This document shows positions 62,436-64,000 of a DNA stretch of 64,000 bases, piece by piece (positions within the stretch are counted from its first letter, which is position 1; each line of letters opens with the position of its first letter). A program made the position numbers and the translations under genes. The notes under the pieces were generated by a model. The model saw only the letters and a program-made list of their open reading frames with translations. It did not search any database and had not been told where the DNA came from. The stretch spans positions 1 to 64,000 of the forward strand of contig JAUCBJ010009125.1 in the NCBI GenBank assembly GCA_032718475.1, written 5' to 3'. Origin of the DNA: Nemertoderma westbladi (taxonomy: Eukaryota; Animalia; Xenacoelomorpha).

Positions 62436-64000
62436 GATGTATGACCTCAGTATCTAGAACGGTCAGAGCAGCCCTAGTCAGAGGGTATGGTGCTGAGACA
62501 GTATGATTCAATGGGCTGTGCAAACTACCGGTAAGGGGAAGGCTAAACTTAAAGTAAATGATAGTACAGGTACGCGGTACCAGAATATAATATGTAAAGC
62601 AACGTTTAGTGAAATCATGATACTGATAACATTTTGTAAAATATTTGGTAAAATTTTTCATAAAAACCATAAGTACCGGTACCCCTTGCAAAACAAAGGA
62701 GAATATTAGGAACAAAATAGGGCAGTCACCGTTCCTTGGGAGACACCATTGGAGACCACACGGGAAATACAGAAATACTTAGTACACCATTTATACGTAT
62801 ACATTGTGAACGATTAGAGATCAGCCAATTGACATATTTGGGTCCGACGAATCTGTACAAAAAAATCAGAAAAAAGGCTCATTCCTGTTTGGGGGGCTCC
62901 ATCCTACTGTCCTATACTATTATTATAGTATATTCCCTACTGCTGTACTCTTAATAGGTAGTTCCGTGCCCAGGTCACTGTTCTAATCTTATTGTAAACC
63001 TGATCAGCTGACTGCACTGCAACCTTCCTGCTTACAGACTTAAGCCGCTGTATACTTGTAGTAGGGTGTATTCCTACTTTACTATATAATTTTACGTCAG
63101 AGGAAGACGATGTGCCCTTCGCGCAGCACGTGTAAAAACAAAAAACTGTCTTTCTAGAAAGATACTTCATCTAAAGCGGAATTTCAGTGGTGGATAAAAC
63201 ACGGTCTCGGTCCTGAAACACCTCCTACGTGTGGTCGTTGCTCCATGGGAAAGAAATTACCCACGAGGAAGTCCCGTTCTATACGTCGACCTGACACCTG
63301 ACGCCCATCAACTCACGTGGAATTGTGGCATTTTATACGAAGCATTCCGGTACTATTCATGCCGGTATGGCAGTATGGATGCCGGTATTATCCATATACC
63401 GGTACCGTAATCAATAATTAGGCCAAATCAATTTCTAATTATAGTTTTTTTAGTTCATTGTGTAATTTATTATTATAGGCATAAGTTATTTTGAATAATC
63501 GATCGCATTTAATACGTTTTTTTAAGTCTGTAAGTCAATTACGAAAATTATTATTAAGCAATTACAGAATTATTACACAGTGCGTATTTTTAGGAATTGT
63601 GGCATTTTATGTACTAATTAATATTTTTAATTTAATCAATACATCAATAATTAAATCAATATTTTCTTTATTTCAGTCTTACAGTACCGGTATTAATAGG
63701 CATAGTTAGCTTAATTAGTTCATTTTAGTTAATTAATTAGGTAGGTTAATTTTAGTTAATTAGGTAGGGTAATTAATTATATAGAATATTACTGTGCAAT
63801 CTATGTATGCGAATCAGGCCACATCTAGGATCTTGTATTGTTTCTCTATTAGATTTCTTAATCACAGAATCAAGGGCATAGACTGATAGAGGAATTGCTT
63901 TTGGAAGAACAATACTTTTAAATGGGAATGGTGTGTTCTGTTTTAAAAGTGATTTGGGGGCGGTAGCGCTCTAACTAAATAGGCGGGGGTTTGTGCAGTT

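Noticed and set aside
63170-63330. Possible DIRS-type RNase H remnant (EFQWW..., LTPDA..W in different frames) or RFX X-box promoter of CEP78
   Set aside because: Matches are too short and degenerate to support without a profile search.

Overview
Animal (invertebrate-like, AT-rich introns) genomic DNA, not prokaryotic. A spliced CEP78 gene (14 exons, ~792 aa, - strand, ~507-62435) spans almost the whole window. Its 46.9-kb intron 5 contains an entire antisense RUFY-family gene (8 exons, ~514 aa, + strand, 13907-58955, RUN + coiled-coil, no FYVE). RUFY intron 1 holds a ~32.5-kb 42-bp satellite with a 7065-bp (168-monomer) higher-order repeat and a 100-N gap; all long ORFs at 14-46.6 kb are artefacts of this repeat. 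CEP78 intron 12 carries an intronless, frameshifted, satellite-truncated NAD(P)-binding Rossmann-fold pseudogene flanked by two MITE copies. Other introns carry 21- and 29-bp minisatellites (a 26-bp one lies downstream of the last exon found), tRNA-derived SINEs, a Helitron, MITEs, long palindromes, G/C homopolymers and an excess of TACCGGTA. Exons were traced by hand using GT-AG sites and phase continuity. Family assignments come from recalled protein motifs, not database searches.
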